Assembly: GCA_004764695.1 (NCBI GenBank)
Contig: SMSO01000031.1
Span: forward strand, 1,836,436 to 1,900,435
DNA from: Schizochytrium sp. TIO01
Taxonomy: Eukaryota > Protista > Bigyra: Labyrinthulomycetes
Direction of reading: 5' to 3'
DNA length: 64,000 nt
In this document: in pieces, positions 42,962 to 52,847 of the stretch
How the letters are laid out: the number at the start of each line of letters is the position of its first letter
Position numbering within the stretch: position 1 is the stretch's first letter
Made by a program: the position numbers and the translations under genes
Notes under the pieces: model-generated
The model's database searches: none
The model's input: the letters and a program-made list of their open reading frames with translations, nothing else
Told to the model about the DNA's origin: nothing

Positions 42962-45322
42962 CTAGCCCGAATTTGATTTTTTCAAGTAATAAGCACCACT
43001 TGAAACCTCCAAAATTTCGTCCTTGACGAGCTTATCGAGAAAGGCTTCTAGCTCATTAATGTTTTTCTCATACTTGTGCTCACCTGTTGAGACAAACATT
43101 TTCAGCATATTATGGATTCTCTCCAGTGGCAGAGCATCGTAGTTATTAAGCATACCTCTTACGAAAGACTCGTACACCTTCATCTCCTCAGCAAGTTGAG
43201 CGTCCGCAGAAACAGCACGATCGGCGTCATCATCTTCACCGCCGCCATCATTTCCGCCCTCGTGTTCGTCAGAAAGGCTCTCAACCGCGTGATAAATTAC
43301 CTTTTCACCAGGCGAGCGCTCAGAGCGCACCACGCCAGCATTGACCCAAAATGACATTCGCTTTCTTACAGTATCTGCATCAACATCAATGGCTTTAGCA
43401 AGGTCAGAAAGTGTCCAAGTTTCCTGGTCAGCAAAATGTAAAACAAGGTTTGCCAGCATCGGAGACACAGTGAAGGTCTTTGTTTGATTGTCGTCAAACT
43501 CAAGCTCCAAGGAAACCATACCGAGATTAGATTTCCAGTTGAGCTGACGCGGATTCTTCAGGACAGCATATTCGTGTGCAATGGCCTCCATGCGTTTGTT
43601 GATGACCGGGTGTGGTTTGATATCATCACCATGAAGAGTTGGCCAGAATTGTTTGGAGATGATTGTCGCCTCCATAGCCTCAAGTTCGATTCTATCTGAG
43701 CTGTCGTCACTCGATGCCATCGATCGTTGGGACTTGTTCGCCAATGTGTTCTTAATGTTGCTGTTGATACGCTTGGACTCTTCAATATCCTTGACCATGA
43801 TTTCACAGCTTGTCATGGAGCTCTCGCCAAAACGAAGTTTCAAGAGCTCAAGGTTACGCACTTCGCGTTCAGCATCAAACTCCAGAGAAGACAGAAGCTT
43901 GTCAGCTAGCATCAAACGGTATTCGTTTACAAAAAGCTCCTTGGAGCCGTAGATATGCACAAGCATACCAAGAATGTCATTGGATCGGCGACTGCGCGAT
44001 GTCTTACGGGGGTCTGCTTCGATAGGGTCTGGAGTCCAGTCTTCTGGGTCAGCTGTTTCCTCAGGGTCTTCATCGTCACTTTCGTCGTAATTATGGGTAA
44101 TGGGCCTGATCTCCGTCTCTCGAAGCTCCTCAAAAAGCTCAGAGTTTCCATCATCAGTGAGACTAGTGACGATACAGCGTACTGTGTCTTCTCGTTTTCT
44201 AAGGTAGGACTTGATCGGCTCGCTAATAGCTTCGAGCAGCACTCCACTGGTATCGACAAGCCGCAACGCTTTGATGGTTGAAATGTACACGTCGAGAATT
44301 TGCGCCGTGTTGGCGCCAGGGTGCAGAAGTCGAGAGGCAAAAGCCTGCCTGAGACTAATAACAAGGTCACGATGCTGATGTGTACGTGCAAGGCAGTCTT
44401 TAAGATCCATCAGCGCTGGTGAGCTATCGGGGAACTCACGGATGATATCAAATACTTCAGTCATGCGCAGGTCACAAAGCGTTTCGAACACGTGAAATTC
44501 AAGTCGTGTGCGGTACTGTGCAAACTTCTCCTTGCAAACATTTTTATCAGCTATGCAGCCCTCAAGAAGCTCCCTTAGCCACGAGAGTGCCACTGAGTCT
44601 AGCCATGCGCTCACACGTCCTAAGAGATGTTCCTCAAACTTCCCCTTGCACACCCTTGTGATATTTCGCTCCGTCTCCTGGCACAGTGTATCCGACAGCG
44701 GCTCCTCAATAAGTTGGAACCATTCCAGCTCTCCCATCTGCTGGCCAAACTCCTCCAGCGGCATTAGATTCTGCACTACCGTGTCTACGTCCATGTCATC
44801 TTCATCCTCATCTTCGTCATCTACATCTTCTTCTTCGTCATCTTCGCTATCCTCAGCATCTCGAGCCTTCTGGTCTCTCTGATGCTTTGCCAGTGCTCGT
44901 CCCAAGTATACGTGTACGCGCCTCCTGAACTTCTTCAGTTGAGCCGCGTCGCCGAGCAGCAGGACGTTATTGAACCTCGACCTCACCGCTGCACAGCAGG
45001 AAGTACTGCTTTGAGCTGCCTCGCAGCGTTTCGCAGCCGAGTCAAATGCGCGTGCAATCCGAAGCAGCGGTCGGAGCGTATCGCTCGCGATTTCCATGCA
45101 CGCGCCCACGTCGCAGGCGTCTGTTTTCAGGGCACTCGCAAAGGCCTCTACAGAAGGGCGCAACCGTCGAGACTCCATCTCTACCAGTAGCCATTCTTGC
45201 AGTAGTGGTGCGAGGTGGCGGTCTGTTAGGACGGCATCGAGGGCGGATTCAAGGTGCTCGCCCGAACTAGACCCGTCCAGGTGCTGGGAGCACGCATCCA
45301 GACACGCTGTCCACGCGGACAT
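42962..45322 (-). CDS. ANAPC2: Anaphase-promoting complex subunit 2
   Basis: FDIIREFPDS, RLLHPGANT, YLRKREDTVRCIV, WTPDPIEA, ELFVNEYRLMLADKLL, LELLKLRFG and LERIHNMLKMF. First ATG is at 45322. Confidence 0.96.
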   Translation of the reverse strand: MSAWTACLDACSQHLDGSSSGEHLESALDAVLTDRHLAPLLQEWLLVEMESRRLRPSVEAFASALKTDACDVGACMEIASDTLRPLLRIARAFDSAAKRCEAAQSSTSCCAAVRSRFNNVLLLGDAAQLKKFRRRVHVYLGRALAKHQRDQKARDAEDSEDDEEEDVDDEDEDEDDMDVDTVVQNLMPLEEFGQQMGELEWFQLIEEPLSDTLCQETERNITRVCKGKFEEHLLGRVSAWLDSVALSWLRELLEGCIADKNVCKEKFAQYRTRLEFHVFETLCDLRMTEVFDIIREFPDSSPALMDLKDCLARTHQHRDLVISLRQAFASRLLHPGANTAQILDVYISTIKALRLVDTSGVLLEAISEPIKSYLRKREDTVRCIVTSLTDDGNSELFEELRETEIRPITHNYDESDDEDPEETADPEDWTPDPIEADPRKTSRSRRSNDILGMLVHIYGSKELFVNEYRLMLADKLLSSLEFDAEREVRNLELLKLRFGESSMTSCEIMVKDIEESKRINSNIKNTLANKSQRSMASSDDSSDRIELEAMEATIISKQFWPTLHGDDIKPHPVINKRMEAIAHEYAVLKNPRQLNWKSNLGMVSLELEFDDNQTKTFTVSPMLANLVLHFADQETWTLSDLAKAIDVDADTVRKRMSFWVNAGVVRSERSPGEKVIYHAVESLSDEHEGGNDGGGEDDDADRAVSADAQLAEEMKVYESFVRGMLNNYDALPLERIHNMLKMFVSTGEHKYEKNINELEAFLDKLVKDEILEVSSGAYYLKKSNSG

Positions 45323-45844
45323 GGCGCCCCGCTTCGTGGAGCTTTGATTTCTGTTTGTCTGCAAGAGCTACAAGGGCAGTGAAAAGCGTCTGATTTTATC
45401 AGACGAAATTTTAAGAGCGTTTTTACTAATTTTTATTCTCTTTTCTCTTTCTCTTTTTCTCACTTTCGAAAAGCATGATCAAAAAACTTTACCTGAAATA
45501 GAAAATCGAGACAGCTTAAAGCACACAGGCCTCATCCCTGTCGAGCAGTCATTGCAGCCCAGACACGACTCGAAGACAGCATCGAGCAGAACAAAGAACC
45601 TCTGCAGGGTCCTGTTTGTGATACATGAAAGTTGGTTCTTTAGAACGCGTTGTGCGTCTAAAGTGTACATGCCTTATGCACCAGTACAGCTAAGTAGCTG
45701 ATCTAGCTAGGCATTAGCGATAATAACGCTCGAAGAAGGCGTGCAAAAAGTTGACCTTACGATCAAACCTCGATTGCCGAGTCCCTGTGGGCAACCACTG
45801 GCTCGAGCAGCGCCGCGAGCTGGCTTGGCCTGGCTCGCTAGAGG

Positions 45845-46513
45845 ATGACGGAAACGGCGGATGCGGCTTTCGTGTACCGCGTGGCCGGGTTCTCTTCGTG
45901 TCCGTACTACACGAAGGCAACGCAACATGCGGAGTATGTGAGAGATCAGGTCCGTGAGCAGAACTTATCTGACGTGGATAATTTTGATGTATACACGCTG
46001 GAGTTTCCCACCAGAGATGGTTTTTTTCAGTGGCTTGATGACCACCGGCAGGAGATTAAAGCTCCCGAAAGCCACCGCTCAAGCCCTGCGATTTGGCGCG
46101 AGGCGCGAGGTGGGACGACGACTTTTGTTGGTGGTCTCGACAAATTATCTATGGACATTGAAGTGCAGACCGGCGGGCGTACTTGGCCCACCTCAGGAGT
46201 GCAGCTGACCAACAACGTCGGTCGTGTGGTGATCTCCAAGGTTATGCTGGCGCTAGCCTTCATATACGCGGTTGTACTCCTCATATTTAACTCACCGAAG
46301 GAGTATCGCTGGTACATCTCCACACCAATTACCATCGCAGTTGTCGTATATGGACAGCTTGTAGTCTCTGCATGAGTACTCAACACGCTCAAGGCAAATC
46401 TTCTTTCTGGGAAGATTCAACCCAAGATGCTCTTACGCGTCATTGGGCTTATTGTACTTGGGCGTGCAGTCGGTTTTGCGGTTGCTTACGTATTTGTGCA
46501 CTGGATACCGTAG
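45845..46513 (+). CDS. Putative selenoprotein: glutaredoxin-like domain plus three-helix membrane domain, Sec at TGA 46373-46375 (222 aa)
   Basis: AGFSSCPYY, HRSSPAIW and FVGGLDKL indicate a Grx fold. The frame stays open for 45 codons past TGA, including a hydrophobic helix, to TAG 46511-46513. SECIS-like element downstream. Confidence 0.8.
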
Positions 46514-46768
46514 AGGAATTTGTTTCCTTTCCTCTCTCTTTCTTCGAAATCTCTCGCGGCACGGCAAATGATTCCGTTTGACATTGAGGTGTTCTTTGTT
46601 AACATGAGATATTGCTTCTCTTCGAATAATAGGCACAATGACACGATCCATTTTTTATGCCTTGAACATTTTGAGGAACCACCAGCGAAAAGCTGCTGAG
46701 TATCTATCTACCAAGCAAAGAAAATTGCACTTTGCTTAGTCCTGGTGCAAACTATAGAGTTAAAATCT

Positions 46769-46834
46769 AGCCCTGATGACGGTCTACCCCAAAATTCTGA
46801 TTGATGGAAAGGGGTCAACTACCCGAAGTGGGTT
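46769..46834 (+). promoter_or_regulatory. Eukaryotic SECIS element (type II) in the 3' UTR
   Basis: Helix I AGCCC/GGGTT; core ATGA(46776)-C opposite CGAA(46824); helix II GGT..CCCC/GGGG..ACC; unpaired AAA 11 nt after ATGA; apical mini-stem TTCT/GGAA. Folded by eye. Confidence 0.8.
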
Positions 46835-47216
46835 CAGTCAATATTCTTTCTTACTTTTAAGAAGACTAATAGCATATTTATATAGCCTACATCATGATTT
46901 TTTATTTTATATCTAAAACAAGACCATCATGAACACTCGTTTCTCCCAAATGTTTTTAAAATGCAAGCTTCCTTTTTTTTCTTCATAGTTAAAACACAGA
47001 AAGATAGTTGCAAATTTAGACAAGAAGATTGTCAGGATTCATTCATAACTTAAGAGAAATATATACTCAAAAAGGAGCTCTGCTTCTACTGTCATACGAG
47101 AGAGGATAAGTTGGACTACATAAAGCGATTGAAGTTGGACTGTGCTTAAACTCTGCTCAAAGGCCACTGTAAGCATATACATGACCATAGATATCAGTGG
47201 CACTAGAGTTGTCCGA

Positions 47217-48848
47217 TCATAGGCGGGCTGCCTGGCCTACGTACTCAACGCGGTAGTCCTGGGTGAGGTCAGGTGCTTGCGCAAGCATACGGTAATACGT
47301 CAAAGTGCTTTCTGGCCAAAGAGAAAAGGGCTTGCCCTCCTTGTTTAGATACCAAGAGCCACAGTCTTTGGTCCAAACACGCTTATCGAAACTCTTCCAC
47401 ACCCAGTCATAGTACTTGGCAAGGACATCCGGCTTGACTTCAACACGGTCAATACCCTGGTCAATGGCTTGCGAGAGCATGCGTGCGGTATACAGAGCCT
47501 GGGACTCAACCATTGCGATAATGGAGTTGTGACCAAGACCTGTGTTTGGACCCAACAACATAAATGAGTTCGGACAATCTACAATCGAGGTACCAAGGTA
47601 TGCTTCGACGGCCTTTTCGTTGATGTCTGAGCCAGTCAAACTAAACCCATTTGCGCCTGCGAGCTTTGCATTGCCAATGCAGCCAACTTTAAAGCCTGTC
47701 GCGTAGACAATCACGTCAGCCTCGTGCTTGACACCACTTGCATCAACTACACCGTCAGCTTCCACGTGTCCAAGCCCATGTGCAACGAGCTCTACGTTAT
47801 CTCGCATCAATGTAGGCAAATACTCATCAGTACGGCAAATGCGCTTGCAGCCGACATTAAATTTGGGTACGCACTTTTCAATGAGATCGGGGCGGCCTTT
47901 GAGGCACTTGAGCATCTCCCCACGAATTAAGTGCTGTGCCATTGTCTGGGCTGGGCCAGACCTATCGAAGACGCCAAGCAGAAAGTTTGCCTCCATCATC
48001 ATGTAAATAGATCCACGGTGGGCTAGCTCGGCTCCGGGGACATGCTCAAAAATCCATTTTTGCCAGTCAGAGTACTTCTCCGCAGGAAGGACAGCCATCG
48101 CGCGAGGGGAGATCCAATTTGGAGTACGCTGCAGAATTGTGAGTTTTTTAGCTTGGCGAGCTAACTCTGGCGCTGCCTGGACTGCGCTGGCCGCAGACCC
48201 AATCATGACTACGTTTTTGCCACGAAAGTCATAACCGTCACGCCACTCAGCAGTGTGGAACGAATCCCCCTGAAAATCTTCAATACCAGGTGCATTGGGG
48301 AAGTTTGGATAGTGAAGAGCGCCGATACAGTTAATCATGAAGCGTGGCGAGAGACTTGTGCCATCGTTAAAATTCATGTGCCAGCGGTGGTTCGCTTCGT
48401 CCCAAGTTGCTGATTCGAGAGCTGTATTGAACCGGATGTGGCGACGCAGGTCATACTTTTCTACAACATGGAGCAAATACTCGTGAATTTCCTTTTGCGG
48501 TGCATATGGTTCTGACCAGTCCATTTTACGTTCAAAGCTAAACGAATACAAATGTGCTGGGACATCGCATGCTGCACCAAAGTATCGGTTCAGGAACCAT
48601 GTTCCACCAATATCGGACTCTTTCTCGACAATGGTGAACGGAATTCCTTTTTCTTTGAGTTTAATGCCCATGCAAATGCCAGAAATGCCACAGCCAATGA
48701 TCACCACATCCTCCGGATCCAGTCTCAAAGCTCTGTTCAAAGCAACTTCGCTCCGAGCAGCACGATTCCACGCATTTTGTGCTGATGCCAGCGCTCCGAC
48801 GCTCACAGCTGCTGCTGCGCCCAGCACCACCTTACTCTGCCTATCCAT
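47217..48848 (-). CDS. Baeyer-Villiger/flavin-containing monooxygenase with PTS1-like C-terminus
   Basis: IIGCGISG, GGTWFLNRYFGAACDVP, BVMO fingerprint FQGDSFHTAEW, IGSAASAVQ and ATGF; ends ARL. Start is 48848 or upstream ATG 49043. Confidence 0.93.
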   Translation of the reverse strand: MDRQSKVVLGAAAAVSVGALASAQNAWNRAARSEVALNRALRLDPEDVVIIGCGISGICMGIKLKEKGIPFTIVEKESDIGGTWFLNRYFGAACDVPAHLYSFSFERKMDWSEPYAPQKEIHEYLLHVVEKYDLRRHIRFNTALESATWDEANHRWHMNFNDGTSLSPRFMINCIGALHYPNFPNAPGIEDFQGDSFHTAEWRDGYDFRGKNVVMIGSAASAVQAAPELARQAKKLTILQRTPNWISPRAMAVLPAEKYSDWQKWIFEHVPGAELAHRGSIYMMMEANFLLGVFDRSGPAQTMAQHLIRGEMLKCLKGRPDLIEKCVPKFNVGCKRICRTDEYLPTLMRDNVELVAHGLGHVEADGVVDASGVKHEADVIVYATGFKVGCIGNAKLAGANGFSLTGSDINEKAVEAYLGTSIVDCPNSFMLLGPNTGLGHNSIIAMVESQALYTARMLSQAIDQGIDRVEVKPDVLAKYYDWVWKSFDKRVWTKDCGSWYLNKEGKPFSLWPESTLTYYRMLAQAPDLTQDYRVEYVGQAARL

Positions 48849-50196
48849 ATTGCAAGAGTGTCCTTCCTGTCCTGTCTGCCGGCTCGTGTTTCTTCTTGCC
48901 CAGTTTTCAATCTTGCTGACAGTATCTTCTTCTTGCGTTACGCTCTTGCTGTTGTCAGCGCTCTCGGGAACCTGACAGCTTTCTTCAATTCGGTTTTGCC
49001 AGGCTTCTTCGCTATCTAGATCGTCATGAACTGTGCATTGCATTTCCCTTCCCCTAATGTTCTCCCTTTATCTATAGAGTCCTCTTAAATGCCTATGGGT
49101 AGGAGGACTCTTTTGACTACTTATAATTTTCCTTCGTCTTTATTTTGATCTCTTGTCCCATAATTCTTCAATTTAAAGCCGGCTATAGCGTGAGCAGTGC
49201 TCAGTTCCCAACCTCTATTCTACCCAGCGCTCTCTATATCTCCTTCTCATTTCCCGTTTCCATTTCTATCGCAATCCGTCGTCATCTATTGCAGCTTTCC
49301 GTCCTTTAAATGAAGAAAGGTACTAGTATATCTGTTAATAGTAGTAGGTAGGACTCGCTAGTTCCAGCACTTAATAGCTTTACCTGTTATCGCACATTTC
49401 GTTGCACAGCGATACATTGCAACTCATGTTGCTAACAAATTGGAGCTCTTGTTCGCGCATCGTGACGACCATCGAGCCCGCATAACAAACCTCGGCAATG
49501 CTGATAACGTCCCAGGGGTTACATTGTTTAAACGATGCGCAATCTCGCGTGACCTGCGAGACCCTCCGCAAGAACCCTGTAGCGCATTCATCGCCTTCCG
49601 AACCCTAATTTTCTTAGGAGTTATCACTAGACGGGACTAGCAGCCGGACCGGTTCTTGAGCTGAGAACATTATGACTGCACGACACCCGTGTAAGCTTTA
49701 AGAATAGCAACTTGCCAGAGGCTGCTTCAGCTTAGGTTATAGCAGCTTGAAGAGTGGAGGATGCGCTAAACTTTGATGGCGGCAGCGAGCTGCTGTTTGT
49801 GGCTTGAATACTGTGCTTTTAGGAATAATGGTGAAGGACATCAAGAGCAACTGCTAGCTAGGAAGTTCACACGCCCAGACATAAATCCATTCATTTGCTT
49901 GCATGCAAGCAAATCATTCGCACTTTTATCACCTAAAAACAAAATTGGTACGTTGCGAGGCAGAAAGTCTTAGACTCAGGTATAGGAGAGAGACAAAGGG
50001 TTTAGGGGAAACCTTGTACCTATTTGAAAGTAGAAAGGGCTCCTGTGTATAGCGCATCGCTTCGACGCTACAGGGTCAGGACTGCATGTACCGTCCAATC
50101 TTGGTGCAGCAAGTGCGCACAGGGGCAGGTGTTGGCAGTAGGTAATAGTATTATTTGTTATGTTACGCTGCAAAATCATTCAGGTAGATGTACTAT

Positions 50197-51834
50197 TTAG
50201 CGAAACGCTGGAGACCAAGGGATTGCACCAAGCGATACAGCTTTGCTCTCCACATCTCGGAGGATGTGCACATTTTGTACCAGAGACGGATGATTCTTGT
50301 CCTCAAGAGTACATATCTCAAACGCATGACGATGGAGTAATTTAGAGGTAGCAAGGAAGGCGTCAATGTCATCGATTTGAGGAGCCCGCCGTAAAGAAAG
50401 CTCGCTGGCTTTGTGAACTGCAGCCTCATGCCGAACACGAGCTGCACGTTGCTTCTTGGATAGGGTTGTTGTCTTACGCACACTATTCGCGGCCATGAGT
50501 TTCCATCGCTCAATTCTTGCAAAGCGGAAGTCAAACACAACAGACTGCATATCATGGAATGACATGGTTTGGTCAGCTGGATCCACTTTGACATTTTCGA
50601 ACAAGGCAATAACTTCCTCTCGGGTAATTTGCTTGTCACGACGAATCTGAGGGTCTACTTGCTTGATGACGTCAATTACCTCGTCGGGACTGAGTAATTG
50701 ATCTTGGATATATATAAAGAGCATGTCCGAGGTATTAATCTGCCCAATCATGGTGTTGATTTCGTGCTTGGAGACCACATGCTCACCTTTAAGACCCGAC
50801 TCAAGCTTGCTCTCTGAATTTAGAGGGCCATACTCGCCAAATACAAGAAGTCGCCCAGTTGACCAAGGATGCTGTTGATCTGCAGGGAAGACGAAGTCTA
50901 AAAGATCCTCCAATCGTACTCGACCTGATTTTGTACTTCGCATTTTTCGCTGGGAACTCTTTGCATTGGTTTTGTCGCCACACATACGAAAATCAAGCAA
51001 TCCGCTATGCAATGGCGGCGGGGCAAAGAAAACTTCTTGCATGAGCCCAACACACGCCGCACATCGGGCATAGACAAACTCAGGAGCTTTCGGAGGCTGG
51101 GTCTCTGATTTTTCTTCATCATCTTTGCTTTCATCCTCGTCGTCTGATACTTTCTTTTCCTCGTCATTGTGAGCACTAGATTCATCATTTTTTGAAGATG
51201 GGGGTACAAGAAGATCTGCTAGGGCTTCATCATCTTGGAAGGCTTGTACAAGGACCTGCGCGGCATCACTGCCAAGCAGACTAACAACAACAATCTCTGC
51301 ACCGACATGGCCTCCAAAGATTCCTTTGGCTAGTGATTCTACTTTTGCATTGCGCTGAGCTTGAGCTCTTTCGAGCTTTTTCTGAAGAGCAAGTTCCTCT
51401 TCTCTTCGTGCAACTTCAAGCATTTCTTCACGGTCTGCTTCCTTAGATTCTTTTGATGAAAAAGTAGACCGTGCAGTCCCAGGCTTGCTTTGGTTGGTCT
51501 TCTCGCTACGCGCTGACTTTGGTGGAGACTTGCTACCCTTACTCACGTTGCTTCGTGCAGAGTTCTTTGGCGATTCGTTTGGTACAACCTCATCTTGCTT
51601 CGCTTGTTTCTTTTCTGAAAGTTCAAGATCCGAAATCATGCGATCTGCAATTTGCAAAGCCTCTTCCCAGTCCAGGTCACGTTCGGCTCTTTGTTTTACA
51701 ATGAGTCCATGCCTTTGCTCCAGACCTTTCAATATCTCTTCTTCATGTCCACGTGCCCTTTCGCTGCAAAAACATAATACTGTGCGCGACACACGCTCTT
51801 CTTCCTCGTCTGTTGCAGTCTTGGATTCCGCCAT
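50197..51834 (-). CDS. Uncharacterised protein with a degenerate NDP-kinase-like N-terminal domain and an EF-hand-like C-terminal segment
   Basis: 545-aa ORF. RTVLCF..EEILKGL..GLIVKQ..LDWEEA and IVVVSLLGSDAA echo the NDK fold, split by a K/S-rich insert. ITREEVIALF..DQTMSFHDM is EF-hand-like. Confidence 0.5.
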   Translation of the reverse strand: MAESKTATDEEEERVSRTVLCFCSERARGHEEEILKGLEQRHGLIVKQRAERDLDWEEALQIADRMISDLELSEKKQAKQDEVVPNESPKNSARSNVSKGSKSPPKSARSEKTNQSKPGTARSTFSSKESKEADREEMLEVARREEELALQKKLERAQAQRNAKVESLAKGIFGGHVGAEIVVVSLLGSDAAQVLVQAFQDDEALADLLVPPSSKNDESSAHNDEEKKVSDDEDESKDDEEKSETQPPKAPEFVYARCAACVGLMQEVFFAPPPLHSGLLDFRMCGDKTNAKSSQRKMRSTKSGRVRLEDLLDFVFPADQQHPWSTGRLLVFGEYGPLNSESKLESGLKGEHVVSKHEINTMIGQINTSDMLFIYIQDQLLSPDEVIDVIKQVDPQIRRDKQITREEVIALFENVKVDPADQTMSFHDMQSVVFDFRFARIERWKLMAANSVRKTTTLSKKQRAARVRHEAAVHKASELSLRRAPQIDDIDAFLATSKLLHRHAFEICTLEDKNHPSLVQNVHILRDVESKAVSLGAIPWSPAFR

Positions 51835-52847
51835 CTCGTTGCACCTAATTTATCCCTCTCCAGGTTTACAAATCTGAAAAGGGCTCTGTTGAAACTAAGT
51901 CAGTCCTTTGTACAATTTTTGCCTATCTCCTTGTGGCCCTGGAGCCTTCACACGCTTGCCTCGAAGCGCTTTGATCGATTCCGAGCCTCATTTCTTCGCC
52001 GCTCCAGGTTTCTCCGCGCCGTGCACACCGGGGGCGCGCGCACCCACGATCCGGAACAAACTCAGAACTAAATCAGAACTGACAAGGAGCTGTGTTCTGT
52101 TCTGCAGTATCTACGACATAAAGAACGACATCGGTTTATTGTTTACGATTTATTATTCATTTCCCTTTTCTTTAAAGTTTCTTTTCACTTTTCGTTTCTT
52201 TCTGTTCATTTCTTGGGGGCGAACAAATTAAGAATAAGAACAACGGAGCAGGCAAACTGGCCTCGCTGGGACCTAGACCGCCACTGCGAGCTTCTACAAT
52301 TGGCAGCGGCGCTCTTCTCTTGATTGGGGAAGACCTCTGCTACTACTGACCTTCTCTTGAGCTAGTACCATCCGCTCCAAGCCTCGTTGGAGCTCCTAGT
52401 GTTGGCATTGCTGCTTCTGCATCTGCTTCTTCTTCGTCGTCGTGGTCGTGGTCGTGGTCGTGGTCGTCGTGGTCGACGTCTTCGTCTTCTTTCCTTGCTG
52501 CTGATAACATTATTTCACTTCATATTTTTCCGCAAGAACTCCTCAACTGGTTCTTGAACTTCTCCTGCACGTTGGATCTAGCGCAAGTTTGGTGCAAAAT
52601 CTAAAGTTACCTGGTGACGTCAAAAGGTCTCCTTAGATCTTCTGTGTCTATATTTAAGCAGTGCATGCACACAGTCTCGCAGACATTCCGGAGCGACCAA
52701 AGTTGAACTCTTTTACGCCATTTTGATCGTTTGTCGTTCCAACTAATTGATCAGCGCTTTTTTAAAAGATCGAGCACAAGTTTGATAAGATATCTCTATC
52801 AGTCTTCTACTCTCTCAAGTGGTGGGCGCTGTTGAAGCCGGAGGAGG

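Noticed and set aside
45845-46375. 176-aa ORF ending at TGA as the complete gene
   Set aside because: The frame continues with a transmembrane-like segment and a SECIS-like element follows, so TGA is better read as Sec.
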